This document shows positions 1-11,891 of a DNA stretch of 64,000 bases, piece after piece. The first letter of the stretch is position 1, and every line of letters begins with the position of its first letter. The DNA lies in assembly GCA_937625935.1 (NCBI GenBank), contig OW569357.1, positions 248,001 to 312,000 of the forward strand, written 5' to 3'. This stretch comes from Tetramitus jugosus (lineage: Eukaryota; Protista; Heterolobosea). Below the pieces are notes generated by a model. That model was not told the origin of the DNA, did not search any database, and was given only the letters and a program-made list of their open reading frames with translations. The position numbers and the translations under genes are program-made.

Positions 1-3000
1 CTTGCTGTTGAGGTGACTCACAACCCTTCCTCAAATCCAATCGAAAGAAAAAATGCTCAAGACGTACGTTCAATTTTCATCATTCTTTTTTTTTCTTCGT
101 TTTAAAAAAGCCATCGTTGCTGACACACCCAATACCATCATGAATATTTCTACGTTGTTACTACTAGTATCTAGAAAATTTTAAAGTTTCCAATGCCATC
201 AACTTGGGTGCCTACGCCATTCATATGATTGCCAAGGAACACAGTGATGTTGTGCGATACTTTGGTTTCCATTTGATCGAATACATGATCAATAATCAGT
301 GGGGCGTCTCATTGCAAGCACCTCAAAAACTCGAAGTGAAAAATGTCTTGTTAAACTATGCTGCATCAGGTACCAAGGGCGTCATGGAAGAAAAACAGTT
401 CATAAAGACAAAGTTGTGTTCATTGATTGTGGAAGTGATGAAGAGAGAGTGGCCTCAGAATATGCCTGATATTTTGGACAAGGTGGTTCAGTTGGCATCC
501 ATGGGTATGACTCAATCAGAGTTGTCAGTCATGGTCATCAGTACATTGGCACAAGATGTCTCTAGTGATTTCTCAAGGTATGTTGTTCTCGTGGGTCACT
601 ATTGGAGGAGCTGGGTGATATATGTTGTGAATGGTGACTGACATGATACGCGATTGTGTGTGTGTTTTTTGTTGCTTATTGTTTGTTGACTTTGTTTAAC
701 ACATTTCATTTTTGTTGATTATGGACACTCATTAGTGATATGGACGTGGAGCGAAAAAAGGAAGTGATTGAAGGCTTGAAAAAGTTTCTGGATCCAGTAT
801 TTGGTTTCCTCTTTAATATGTTTGACAGTCGATACAAGGATTATACGAATGCATCGAACAATGAAGTTCGGTCGATGAATGAAAAGATTTTGAACGAGTT
901 GTTGCAGACGAGTGTTTCGTTGATCAACGATTGGATTTCACCAAACGTCTTTTTCCAACACAATTTCATTAATATATGGTGCTATTTAATCTCAGAGAGT
1001 AATTTGAAGGAGACTGCTGCGGAATGTCTATTGCTTTTTACGAATAGAAAATGGGCAGACACTGGTATTGAAGTGAACAATATTGTGAACTTTTTGAACG
1101 TGTTCTGTACGAAATGTGTGGAAATTATGCGAAAGATTGATGATGATACAATTTTGGATGATTACACATTCCATAAGACCTTGGCGAAGATTGTCGGTGG
1201 ATTCGGCTCAACAAACATGCATTTGTTGAAGAAGGAACACTCACAATTTGCTGAAATCTTTTATGATCTCGTCTTGGAATTCACAAAGTATCCATCACAA
1301 GTGATTTGCGGAGAAGTGACACCTGTTTGGGCTGTTGCTTTCGAACCAAAGAAGGAAGAAGTGGCCATTGCGTTCACTAGTGAACCATTCTTTGATAAAT
1401 ACTATGCTCCACTATTAGAAGCATGCAGCAATAAGATGCTGCGTGAAATTGGTAACCCAGATAATGAGGCCTTTTCGGAAGCAATGATGAATCAAACATC
1501 ATCACTCGAATTCCAGGACAAGAATGAATATACTCAATACTTTGGTTCATTTAGATCAAAGTTGACCCATATTGTGAAGTCTATTGCAGATAAGAAACCT
1601 GATGATTGCCTATTGTTTGTAGCAAGAGGCATTGAGGGCGTTTTGAAGAGAAACGCTCCTGCGCCAAATGACAAACGAACACCAACAGGTCTCCTAGATA
1701 TTTCCAGTCATACATACGTCATTTGGGAAGGTGCATCGACGATGCTCGAATGGGTGATTCAAGGAATTGCATTCAACAAAATGAAACCCGATAATCAATG
1801 TTTTAAAGTGTTAGAGACATTGTTGCAAATGTTGTTGTCATTCCAGACCAAAGATCCGCTCATTCAAGCAAGATATTTGCATTCGATCCAAGTGCTCACT
1901 CCACTGTATAAATTCAATCATGCTGCATTGGATGCCACCCTGAATCATCTATTTATGCAAATGCAATTCCGTTTGGACAATGAAGTGAATATCTCCCTAT
2001 ACAATATTTCAGAGGACTCACAAGCAGCTAGAAGAAAGGCCTTTGCTGTCTTTATTAACCTTTGCAACTCTCATTCCGGCTACTTGTTACCTTCTATTGA
2101 CAAGTTGGTCAACAATGCTGGTGTTCTCTGGTCTGAAAAGAAGATTAGCAGCCCTGAATTGATTATGTTGTATGAAGCATTTGTTGTGATTAGCAATGAA
2201 TGGAAGAGCTATGACAAACAATTCCAGTTCTTGGTCTTCTTGCTCAACTCATTAAAGGAAGAATGGAAATCTAAGCCATTCTGTGAAGTTGCTGGCTCCG
2301 AAGAGCTATTGCTCAAATGTCTAGGAGCAGTGGAAGAACCTGATGAACAGAGAAGAAATGCCTTCAGAGAAATGAGAGATAAGATTTTGCATATATTGAG
2401 CATGTTTAAGAGCGTAGCCAAGAGAATGCCAAACAATCCACAACACATGGGTCTTGTCCAAAGAGTGCAAAGACCCTCTGGAGGTACACAATCAGTTGTC
2501 AAGTATCCAATTGCCCCTTTCCTCGTCGAACTCTTGCCAAATGTCATGGCAATGATTCGTACATTGCACTCCATCTATCGACCTGAAGTTCAAAATTTGA
2601 TTCCAATCGAAAAGAGAAATCCATTGTTCCATGTCGGTATCGACGAAAAGCAAACCATGCTCAAGCAAGTGTTTGTTGCATCCAAGCTGTCCGAATACGA
2701 CTACTACCTCTATACGACACACCGAAACATTCGAAGATTGAGAGCCTACTGCTATGAGCTTCTGGGTCAAGCATGCAAGTACTGCGATGTACAACAATTC
2801 TGGGGAAATCCACAATTGTTCAATCTATTGTCCAGCTCAGTCTTCTCATTCTTGGAACACATTGACAACAAGGATCTGAAAGCTCTTTTGGGATCATTTG
2901 TTTCCCCATTTGCTGCTCACTGTCCAAAGAATCTTTACAACTCCCTATTGGCCAACATTCTCTCCTCTCTCTATCAATTGATCTACTCTCGTCTCGATGT

Positions 3001-3736
3001 TGGATGGACACAGATTATTCAGATCACCAAGGGTCAATTCGATGCCATGACATCAGCATCAGAAGAAGTCATCCAAGAACACATTATGAGAGAGTTGACA
3101 GGAGAAGTCATTGATTCTCCATTGGCCCTCACGAAATCATTGAGCAAAACAAAGGACAACAAGAATCCACAACCAGACAACATTACAGAGTTTATTCTTG
3201 AGAATGAATCCGTTATTGGAATCATGCTCATGATCTCAGTGAGACTAATGACCATTCCTGACACTGTGGCCGTTCACAAGGCTGTTCTATTTGTTCAAAG
3301 AGTGATTCCACACTTGGTTGACAAGAGAAAACTCTATCCAATCATTGGTGGCGAGCTGTTGCAAACTGCCATCACTGCACTAATGATCTTCAAACAGGAC
3401 ATGCATCAAACAATTATGAACTTGATCGCAGACATTTACTTTTATTTCAGTAGAAGATGTCCATTCCCAGAGCAAGTATTCACACAGATCCCCAATGTGA
3501 AACCAAATCAGATCAAGACTCTGAATCAATGCATTGCAGGCAAGAAGAAGGACGAAAAGAAGTTTAGAATGTCCATGAGAGACTTTTTGAAGAGAATTGC
3601 TGGAACGTCATCTGGTGAATTTGGCAAGAGAAAGACCATCATCAGATTGGGCCAACCAAAGGCAAGGAAGGACAACACCAACCTCAGCTTTTTGGATGCC
3701 ATTACTCTGGAGAGCGTAGCTGACTTGTTCAAATAA
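1..3736 (+). CDS. XPO5: Exportin-5 / Msn5 / HASTY family karyopherin (5' truncated; exons <1-63, 168-577, 736-3736)
   Basis: Importin-beta N-terminal motif VVRYFGFHLIEYMI and Xpo1-type motif IVEVMKREWPQ, followed by a long HEAT-like helical region. Introns 64-167 (GTACGT..TAG) and 578-735 (GTATGT..TAG) join the ORFs in frame. Confidence 0.8.
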
Positions 3737-3847
3737 AAAAATTGCCTGAAAATCAAACTTACTTCATTGGTCTCCACAATCATTGATTGTGTGCTGCTTT
3801 AACGAAAAGAGGAACAAAATTTTGTTTAGGAAAAACATTTAATGAAT

Positions 3848-4495
3848 TTAAGCAGTTTCAGCAAGGGTGTTTGCGTTCAATGGACCCTTTTCTCTTCTGT
3901 ACTTGATGTGGACACCGTCAGAGTAGATTTGCTTGTCAGCCAACAATTGTTCGAAGTCGTTGTAGTCAACCTTGGTGAATCCCCACTTTCTGGAGACAAC
4001 GATGAATTGTCTACCTGGGAACTTGTGCTTGGCTCTTCTCAAAGCTTCTTGAGCAGTCTTCAAGTTACCAGGCTTAGTTCTGACGGACATCAAAATTTGA
4101 CCAATCTCGACACGAGCACAGGTTCCTTGTGGCTTACCGAAAGCACCTCTCATACCAGTCTGAAGTCTATCAGCACCAGCGCAAGACAACATCTTGTTGA
4201 TACGCAAGACGTGGAAAGGATGAGCTCTGATTCTCAGATGGAAAGCGTCCTTACCAGCATTGTTGACCATGTACTTGTTGCATGCAATACGAGCAGCTTC
4301 AAGAGCTTCGGAGGTAATTTGTTCCTTTTCTCCAGAAAGCATATGAACACAGACTGGGAATTCAGTCACATCAGCTCTCTTGTTACCGACGTCGTAAATT
4401 CTGATCTTTGGATCAGGGACACCACGGCAATATCTGGACTTTGGATATGGCTTATTCTTGGTGTATCTGTAGCAACGTGACGGTCTTCTACCCAT
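3848..4495 (-). CDS. RPL10: 60S ribosomal protein L10 (uL16)
   Basis: [11 protein letters not shown]...[23 protein letters not shown] signature. Confidence 0.99.
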   Translation of the reverse strand: MGRRPSRCYRYTKNKPYPKSRYCRGVPDPKIRIYDVGNKRADVTEFPVCVHMLSGEKEQITSEALEAARIACNKYMVNNAGKDAFHLRIRAHPFHVLRINKMLSCAGADRLQTGMRGAFGKPQGTCARVEIGQILMSVRTKPGNLKTAQEALRRAKHKFPGRQFIVVSRKWGFTKVDYNDFEQLLADKQIYSDGVHIKYRREKGPLNANTLAETA

Positions 4496-4658
4496 GTTTG
4501 ACTATGTTATGACGAGTTGTTTGTTTTGAATTGATTTTTTGTGTTTTTGTTAATTTACAAGGTTACTTGGTTGACTTTCACTTCAACCAAAGCTTCAATT
4601 TTATCTCGGATGCTTCCAGTTTCTGCGCATTCCTCCGCACCGACTAATTGTGCGCTTT

Positions 4659-4670
4659 TTTCCCGCGAAA
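4659..4670. promoter_or_regulatory. Overlapping E2F-like sites TTTCCCGCGAAA in a divergent promoter
   Basis: Matches TTTSSCGS on both strands. Confidence 0.4.
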
Positions 4671-5439
4671 CTCAAACTACAGATTGATGTCCATCATTCT
4701 GGATGCCAATCAATCAAGTGTTCATAATCCGAATGAACCAACATCTAACTTGAAATTCTTGGTTGATGGGTCAATCAAGCACCAACCAGGTTGTCTCAGC
4801 TGATACCACCAGGTACCACCAGATTTCTTATTCTTTGAATCGCATAGACCGTCAAACGACACAAACGGAAAGATTCCTATTGCTCTCGCATCCATCTTGC
4901 GTTCAGAAATCGCACGAACCAATAACCAATTCGGTCGACAATGTCCGAAATTTTGCATTGCTAGCACGAGACTGCCAACGCATCCACCTACAAATAGCTC
5001 TCAGATGAGATGGAAGCAGAACTCCAAAAAAAGTACCTCCAATAAAATTCTGGTCAGAACGGCCGTTGGTGCCTCACTCTATACCGACCAGTTTCTTCTT
5101 TTCCACCAATAACAGAGTAACGTCATCACCAATCAACTCCTTGCGTGGCGCCAAGAAATTCCAACATAGCTTTCCCACAAAAAACTCATCAGCAGAAAAC
5201 GCATCACGACGCACCATCACGACTCCTTCATTGTACATATAACGTCAAACACCACTTTTCCCACACCACTCATTTTTTCTCTCCTCAACAACAACCACCA
5301 ACTGCTCCTTCCTATTGTAAATATCATTTTATCTAGATCAGTCATATCCATCAACAACTCTCTATCCATCACCCATTAATCTCTCAGTCATCTAGAGGAA
5401 TTCTTCATCTCCATACTTAACAATCATCACCTGGTCATC

Positions 5440-6378
5440 ATGCTGCAAAGAAAAGTTCCTCAAACATTAGTCTATGGTGTCAAGCAAGCACTCACGAGAT
5501 CCCAACAACAGTCAAAAAATGCTGCAGATGGCAGTGATTTAATGGCTGTCAAGGAGCATGTTCAATCAAGCTCATCATCATCCGCTTCTTCAGCAACAAC
5601 TGTTAAAAAGTTTGTTGGTGAAGTATCAGGTGGTGTTCAACTATCCAATAATTTCACAATTGATGCAGTTGCCAATGTGTCTGATGCCATTGTCAAGGCA
5701 ATTGGTATTGACAAATTGATGGAAATTGCAAGCACAAACATTGAACTCCCAGATGAACAGTTTATCGCTCATTATGGTTCATTGGACTTTTCTCAAGAAG
5801 AGTTTGACATGTTTACATCTGGTTCACATCACTATTCCGCTGCTATTGCTACCACTACTACTGCCAACAACAACAACAATAGCACTAATAATAGTCATCA
5901 CAGCATGGCACTGATCAATACATCTGCTGCTGTGAACAACAAGTCATCCACAACAGCAACCAACAACAACAACAGGACAAATATGACTTCAAAAATGAGT
6001 TCAGATCCAGTTGTCTCCAGTGCAAACAGTTCAGTCAAGTTTGAAGATGTGACGCACAGGAGAGAGAATGCGTTAAATGCACTGACTGAGCGTATTCTGT
6101 CTGGTTTGAAGCAGTTGGTGACTCAACTGCGCCAGCTCTTGTGGAACGGTTCATCTGTCTTTTCAACTGCATCATCCAATTCTCAAGAATTATCTGCTTC
6201 TGCTGCTGCTTCAAACACAACCAATCAAACAAGAGTGAAGGAATTGACAGCTCTTGGTGTCATATTTGCAGCTGCCTATGCTGTTGATGTGATCCTGTTT
6301 AGAATGTTCAAGAATCAAATGGTTTCTCATTCGTTTAGAAGCAACTTGATGGGAACTTTGAGAACAATGAACTTTTAA
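5440..6378 (+). CDS. Uncharacterised Ser/Asn/Thr-rich protein with a C-terminal hydrophobic segment
   Basis: 312-aa ATG ORF with low-complexity middle and LTALGVIFAAAYAVDVILF near the C-terminus. Confidence 0.7.
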   Translation: MLQRKVPQTLVYGVKQALTRSQQQSKNAADGSDLMAVKEHVQSSSSSSASSATTVKKFVGEVSGGVQLSNNFTIDAVANVSDAIVKAIGIDKLMEIASTNIELPDEQFIAHYGSLDFSQEEFDMFTSGSHHYSAAIATTTTANNNNNSTNNSHHSMALINTSAAVNNKSSTTATNNNNRTNMTSKMSSDPVVSSANSSVKFEDVTHRRENALNALTERILSGLKQLVTQLRQLLWNGSSVFSTASSNSQELSASAAASNTTNQTRVKELTALGVIFAAAYAVDVILFRMFKNQMVSHSFRSNLMGTLRTMNF

Positions 6379-6905
6379 TGGAGGTTATGTACACTGGCGC
6401 CACCTTTTTTTCGTTAACAAAAATCAGATTGATGCAATGATCAATAACCTTTATTCCAGAGGTTTCATCATCGCCATCATCATCGATTATGGCATTCATT
6501 TCTGAACAACAGCAGCCTTAAGAATACAATCTTTTGGGGGGAGGGAAAATCATCACACAGAGTCAATTCTTGACACAGGGAGGGTCTATTATCTTTTTTA
6601 CATGTACTGTACAAAAATCATCTATCCACATAAAACAAATAAACAAGATAAATTCAATTTTTAAATCCAAACGAGTTCGGCACGAGTGAGAGCCAGAGCG
6701 TCATTGCCAGCACTGCATGAAGCTTTGGGAGAAAATGCAACAGCTTCCTTTTGACAAACTCCGCCTTCCAACAAAAAAAATATGGAGGGAACAGCATAGG
6801 AAAAAAATAGAACATCAACATCATCACTTGACTTTCTGAGAGACAACAACATAAAAGAAACTCAACAGAATCACATTGACAAAGTATTAGCAAACAAAAT
6901 CAACA

Positions 6906-9536
6906 ATGGGCAATCAAGCAGCTGCCATGAAAAATTTCGCATATGAAATTGGTGAGCCATATGCTGAGACGTATCTGTGGCGATTACACAACGGAAAGAA
7001 AAAGCTTACGCAAGAAAGAGTCACCATCTTCTCCTGTGAGATTACAAATTTGAATCGTGATCGATTAGAGTTGGTGAGAACGAGCTTTAAACGCATGAAA
7101 GCTATTCGTCATCCCAATTTTATCAAATATTTGGATGGTGTAGAGCTGCAGACTCACATTTATGTCGTAACAGAGTATGTGCATCCTCTGAGTGGTGATA
7201 TGCTGAGAGAGATGAGAACAGAGGTGGGATGCGACGAAGCCATCTCGTGGGGATTGTTTCAAGTGAGTCAAGGACTCGAATTTTTGCATTCGAGGAGAAT
7301 GTATCATGGCAATGTGTCTCTTCAGTCGATTTATGTCGACGATTCAGGTGATTGGAAGATTGGACAGTTGGGATTCTTGTCCGAGATTGGTAGTAGTGGT
7401 GGTGGAGGTGCTATGGTAGATTCTCAAGATCCTTCCTCTCAATACACTTCTACATCGCAGCATGGGATTGCTGATTTCTCCATGAGAATCTTTCAAGCGT
7501 TTCTCATTCAAAAGTATAAGGCACCAGAAGTGTTGGGACAGAGGTGGGATCTCGTGGAAAGGTACCCTGATAGAGTTGACTCATGGGGAGTCGCATGTCT
7601 GATTTATGAGTTATTTGAGGGTGAACTGTCTGGAGCGAACGACCTGAGGCGTGTCACTTCAAAAATACCAAAGAGCATTGCTCATCACTATAATCAACTC
7701 TTGATTGATGACCCAGCTGTGAGAATGGCACTGTCTGATTTCCTGCAATCATCGTACTTTAATAACAGCATGATCAAGACGCAACAATTTTTGGACACTT
7801 TGAACTTGAAGGATCCTGTCGCAGTTGATTCATTCTTGACTCAACTTCCAGAGTCATTAAACACATTCCCTAGAAAGTGTTGCAAGTACAGAGTGCTTCC
7901 TCAGTTGGTGAATACGATAAAGTTCGGGTCAGGTGGATCCAAGGCCATTATTCCAATATTTATGATTGGTGAGATGATGTCCACTGAGGAGTTCAAAGAC
8001 AGTTTTATTCCAAAGATTATCGAGCTGTTCGAGAGCACTGATAGAACTGTGAGAGTTAATTTATTGAAGAATTTGAAGATGATTATGCCTCATTTATCAG
8101 TCGAGGTTATCGAACAGAAAATTTATCCAAATGTAGAGTATGGTTTTAAGGATTCGTCGCCTGTGATTCGGGAGGCAACTGTAAAATCAATGATCGATCT
8201 CGTTCCAAAGTTGACTGAACATACTGTAAGCGAGAATGTAGTGAAGCATCTCTGGTCCCTGCAAGGCGATAAGGAACCCGCAATTAGAACAAACACTGTG
8301 ATTGCTCTTGGAAAGTTATCCAAGAATTTTAACCAAAAGACACAAAAACAAGTGTTGATTGCTGCATTTGCCAGATCCCTGAAAGATCCTTTTGTTCCTT
8401 CGAGAATGGCAAGCTTGAGGGCACTAATGTCGACAAAGGACTTGTACTCACCAGCAGACCTCGCACAAAAAGCACTACCAGCTGTTGTCGCACTAACAGT
8501 AGATGTAGATAAGGGTGTTAGAGATTTGGCCTTTCAATGTGTAAATAATTTCTTGGAGCTTGTGCGGCAAGTGTCTGAATCTCCTAATTTTAATGAGCAG
8601 GTTGGTTATGATGTACCAAAGGTGCAACAAGCAGCATCAGATAAGGCGCAACCTTCGACTGCGAATGGTCCAACACAATCAAAACAAATGGACGAAGAGG
8701 GTTCATATCTGGGCTGGGCAGTTTCATCAGTTTCATCCATCAAGAGCAAGATTGTCGGGGAGAAGGGTCATATTGGCGCAGATATTAAGAAACCTCTAAG
8801 TCCAAATCCGCCTACAAATGCTCCATCCAATCCAAGCACAACCAAGGTGACTATGCCAGTACAGAGCCAACCTCAACAACCATCCAATCCAATGCTCAAT
8901 CCTACAAAGTTATCCGGTGGCTTGAAACTCACTCATGACACTCCAAAGAAAGATATCTTTGCGAACATGCAAACTAAAGCTCCACAGTCAACTTTGGATA
9001 AGAATGATCCATTCGGGGATGATATGTTTGCTGACATGTCTTTCAAGAGTGACAGCACACATGGAAATGGATCATATGGAACACAATCATCTGCTCCATT
9101 TGCGCCTCGAGCAAGTAAGAGTAATGGTACTCCTACTACACCAAACAATAATAAGGGTATAAATAACAAGAACAACCTGGCTGATGACTTCTCTTTCGGT
9201 GATTGGGATAGTAACATGTCGAACAATAACAAGGTTGATTCCTTCTTTGACGATGTAATGAATAATGACGACGTATTCGGACTGAACAAATCAAAATCTA
9301 CCACCAAGCCCATGAAGCCAACAAAGAGTGTCCAACAACCAAAGACGTCCACAACATCTGGCAACTCGAGTGCTCTCAAGTTTGAGAGACCCAAGTCTGA
9401 CACGCCATCCAGGGCAAGACCCACTGCAACTACAAAAACGGCCAACAATACTGCTCAACAACAAAAGCCAGCCACCAAACAACCACAACAAAAGAAGGAT
9501 GAATGGGAAGATTGGAGTTGGGACGACATGAAATAA
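6906..9536 (+). CDS. SCYL1: SCY1-like pseudokinase (SCYL1/SCYL3 type) with HEAT repeats
   Basis: MGN start, KRMKAIRHPNFIKYLDG, YHGNV..SIYVDDSGDWKIG, HEAT motifs DRTVRVNLL, DKEPAIRTNTVIALGK and RSLKDPFVPSR, disordered tail ending EWEDWSWDD. Confidence 0.92.
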   Translation: MGNQAAAMKNFAYEIGEPYAETYLWRLHNGKKKLTQERVTIFSCEITNLNRDRLELVRTSFKRMKAIRHPNFIKYLDGVELQTHIYVVTEYVHPLSGDMLREMRTEVGCDEAISWGLFQVSQGLEFLHSRRMYHGNVSLQSIYVDDSGDWKIGQLGFLSEIGSSGGGGAMVDSQDPSSQYTSTSQHGIADFSMRIFQAFLIQKYKAPEVLGQRWDLVERYPDRVDSWGVACLIYELFEGELSGANDLRRVTSKIPKSIAHHYNQLLIDDPAVRMALSDFLQSSYFNNSMIKTQQFLDTLNLKDPVAVDSFLTQLPESLNTFPRKCCKYRVLPQLVNTIKFGSGGSKAIIPIFMIGEMMSTEEFKDSFIPKIIELFESTDRTVRVNLLKNLKMIMPHLSVEVIEQKIYPNVEYGFKDSSPVIREATVKSMIDLVPKLTEHTVSENVVKHLWSLQGDKEPAIRTNTVIALGKLSKNFNQKTQKQVLIAAFARSLKDPFVPSRMASLRALMSTKDLYSPADLAQKALPAVVALTVDVDKGVRDLAFQCVNNFLELVRQVSESPNFNEQVGYDVPKVQQAASDKAQPSTANGPTQSKQMDEEGSYLGWAVSSVSSIKSKIVGEKGHIGADIKKPLSPNPPTNAPSNPSTTKVTMPVQSQPQQPSNPMLNPTKLSGGLKLTHDTPKKDIFANMQTKAPQSTLDKNDPFGDDMFADMSFKSDSTHGNGSYGTQSSAPFAPRASKSNGTPTTPNNNKGINNKNNLADDFSFGDWDSNMSNNNKVDSFFDDVMNNDDVFGLNKSKSTTKPMKPTKSVQQPKTSTTSGNSSALKFERPKSDTPSRARPTATTKTANNTAQQQKPATKQPQQKKDEWEDWSWDDMK

Positions 9537-9697
9537 TCCACCCTCGTTTTGTCCGAATCGTCCCATTGTCCGCTCGTCCGCTTGACATCCCATTATCTAG
9601 CAGCAAGCGCGCAAAAACATTCTTCTGTAAAGGAATAAAAAAACCAACAACAAAGCAAACAAACGCCCAAGCAGCTCACACATTCTGTTTCATTCGA

Positions 9698-11727
9698 ATG
9701 TCGTTCTTCAACCACAATAGTCAGCAGAGTGGAGGAAGCTCGAACAACAATCCAAACACAAGTAACATGATGATATCTCATCATGAGCGTTTGTTTGATG
9801 AACATCTCGGGTCATCATATCCCTCATGGCTCACTCACATTGGTTCCAACAGTACGAGTAGTAGTAGTGGCGGTACCACTCATCACAATCGTTCATTGAA
9901 CGAGTTGATTGACCCACTGGGATTGAACGCACATTTTAGTGCTCATGGAGGTGGTTGTTGTCTCTATTATCGCTCATTGTCATCTGGTATGAACACGGAC
10001 AGTGATGATGACGAAGATGAATACGCAGCCGACGACAATAGCGCTCATGGGAATGTTGAGATGGAACATTCGAATAGACGTGGCCGACGTCATCATCGCA
10101 CGAACCGTCGAAAGGAAAACCCTAACGTTGGTGAAGAAGATGAAGAGGAAAATCAGAGGAAACGCTTGTTGGCAGAGTTGCTGTTGAAGCAGAGAGAGGA
10201 ATTTTTGTTGGAGACGAGTCAGGACAAATGTATGCAATACAAGTCACGTCAGAAGCACAGGATAACGGATTTACCGGCTGATACGATGCTCAATGCTCTG
10301 TCGTATCTCTATATCGATCAAGTGGTTCACATGGCTCCGGTTTGTAAATATTTCAAGCAGTTATATCGTATGTAGTCGAAGAGACGGCATGTTTTTTTTG
10401 TTTGTTGCGGTGTGCGTACTCAGCTTTTAAATCATTAAATTCAGAGCATGATCGGTTGTGGGAGCCATTTGTCAAGCAAAAGAGTCCCTATGTATATAAT
10501 CACGCAATTCAGATTGCTACGAGTGTCGACGATGCTGAAGTGGAGGCCATGTTGTTCCGACACAGTAAGATTCAAAGACACAATACAGGATATGGAGGTT
10601 CGAGGTACAAGGAGTGGAAGGAGAAGAGAAAGGCTGTGAGAAAACATAACGCATCCAGCAAACAAGCTCATAATCGAGAGGCATCTAACTCAAAAGCAAT
10701 CAAGGCGAACAAGGCAAATCGACGGAAACAGATTTTGAGTGCCAATTGCTTGTATTATACAGCATTTAAGAGACGTGTTCTAACAGTGAAAAGGCGCAAG
10801 GAAGAGCGAGCTTCATTGAAAGCGCAAGAGGAGAGACGAAAGCATTATGAAAAGGTCCTGAGAACGCCCCAGAAGTGGTGCGAATTGTTCTACATTGGTT
10901 TTTATACGCCTCTATTTTTCATGATTTTGCTAGCTAGCACGTTGTGTGCCGCGTTATACTTGGATAATATTATACCAAGTGGTGTTAAGGTGGCATCCAG
11001 GAACCTAGCGTTGATAATGACACCATTTCTTTCTGTTTCTGCACCATTATTTATTGTGGCAACCTGTGCGACGATATTATCAGAGTATTTGCGAGTTCTT
11101 AGGTGGAATACCAAATTTGACACTTTGTTTCCAGCAATCTATCTGGGCAGTCTATGGTTGCCTTTGCTCCTATGTCTTTATGCAATGAAGGTGTTCATGC
11201 TACCTGATATTGTGCCATGGAGAGCAATTTGTGCTCCGCAATGGGCCTATACTTGCATCTATATGGCCCTTAGCATTTTCGTTCACAAGAAGTTCTCAAT
11301 ACTCAAATGGGACGTTGATCAAAAGGTTGTGTACGGGCTCATGGCTGCGGTGAACATGTGTGTATCATTTACTACTGGTTTCTTGACTGCTAAACTAGAT
11401 GAGAGTCTCGGTCCACAGCTCATGTACACATCTTTTGTCTTCTCTCCAATCTGGCTTACTCTGCTGTTAGCACTCATTGCGATACCCATTGGAGCTTATG
11501 TATTCATGCGTGAGGAAGGTCCCAAGCTCACCATGTTCCTCTACTTCCCATTGACCTGTGCCTTTGTCATCCCATTCATTGTATTCTTCCTTTTGTTGGC
11601 GCTCAAGTTGGACGGAATCATTCATTGGCATTACATGATTGTGTTCAGTCCGCTGCTCGCATGGGAAGTCATCTGGTTCACAGTTTCAGTTGTGTTCGCC
11701 TTTTTGTGGGCTCGTTTGTGTCTCTAA
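9698..11727 (+). CDS. F-box protein fused to a multipass TMEM185/TMEM203 (Fragile-X-F associated)-like membrane domain (exons 9698-10367, 10445-11727)
   Basis: F-box ITDLPADTMLNALSYL..DQVVHMAPVCKYFKQLYQHDRLW, restored across intron 10368-10444 (GTATGT..CAG). About 7-8 TM helices with repeated motifs LYLDNII, AKLDE..FVFSPIW and LKLDGIIHWHYMIVFSPL. Confidence 0.78.
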
Positions 11728-11891
11728 TACATCACACACACGAGCATTGTCTTGCCTTTTTAGTTCTCTGCGTCTGTCTCTCATTTTTGTTCTTCTGCCG
11801 GAAAACGTCAATCGAATCAATCTTGTCACCTGACCAGAAAAGCTCAAGCAGCGACTTGTCAAAAACCAAACAAACAACAAGAACCAAGAAA

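Noticed and set aside
3842-4480. 212-aa + strand ORF antisense to RPL10 (similar shadows over PPIL1, the glycosyltransferase, SCYL1 and ATM)
   Set aside because: A mirror-frame artefact of codon bias in the real gene. It has no true ATG start or recognisable motifs.
4687-5112. ATG ORF with in-frame C-L-S-TGA (CxxU-like) that stays open to 5112; also considered as an antizyme-type +1 frameshift
   Set aside because: No thioredoxin-like context and no SECIS visible downstream. The +1 frame is short and unlike antizyme. Probably promoter DNA.
6539-6552. 14-mer GGGAGGGAAAATCA repeated at 48796
   Set aside because: Several exact 14-mer matches are expected by chance in 64 kb, and the two contexts differ.
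9503-9697. ORF-track N-terminal extensions overlapping upstream genes (9503, 11625, 44631, 37831)
   Set aside because: Better ATG starts exist downstream at 9698, 11892, 44562 and 37852. The extensions read as intergenic sequence.
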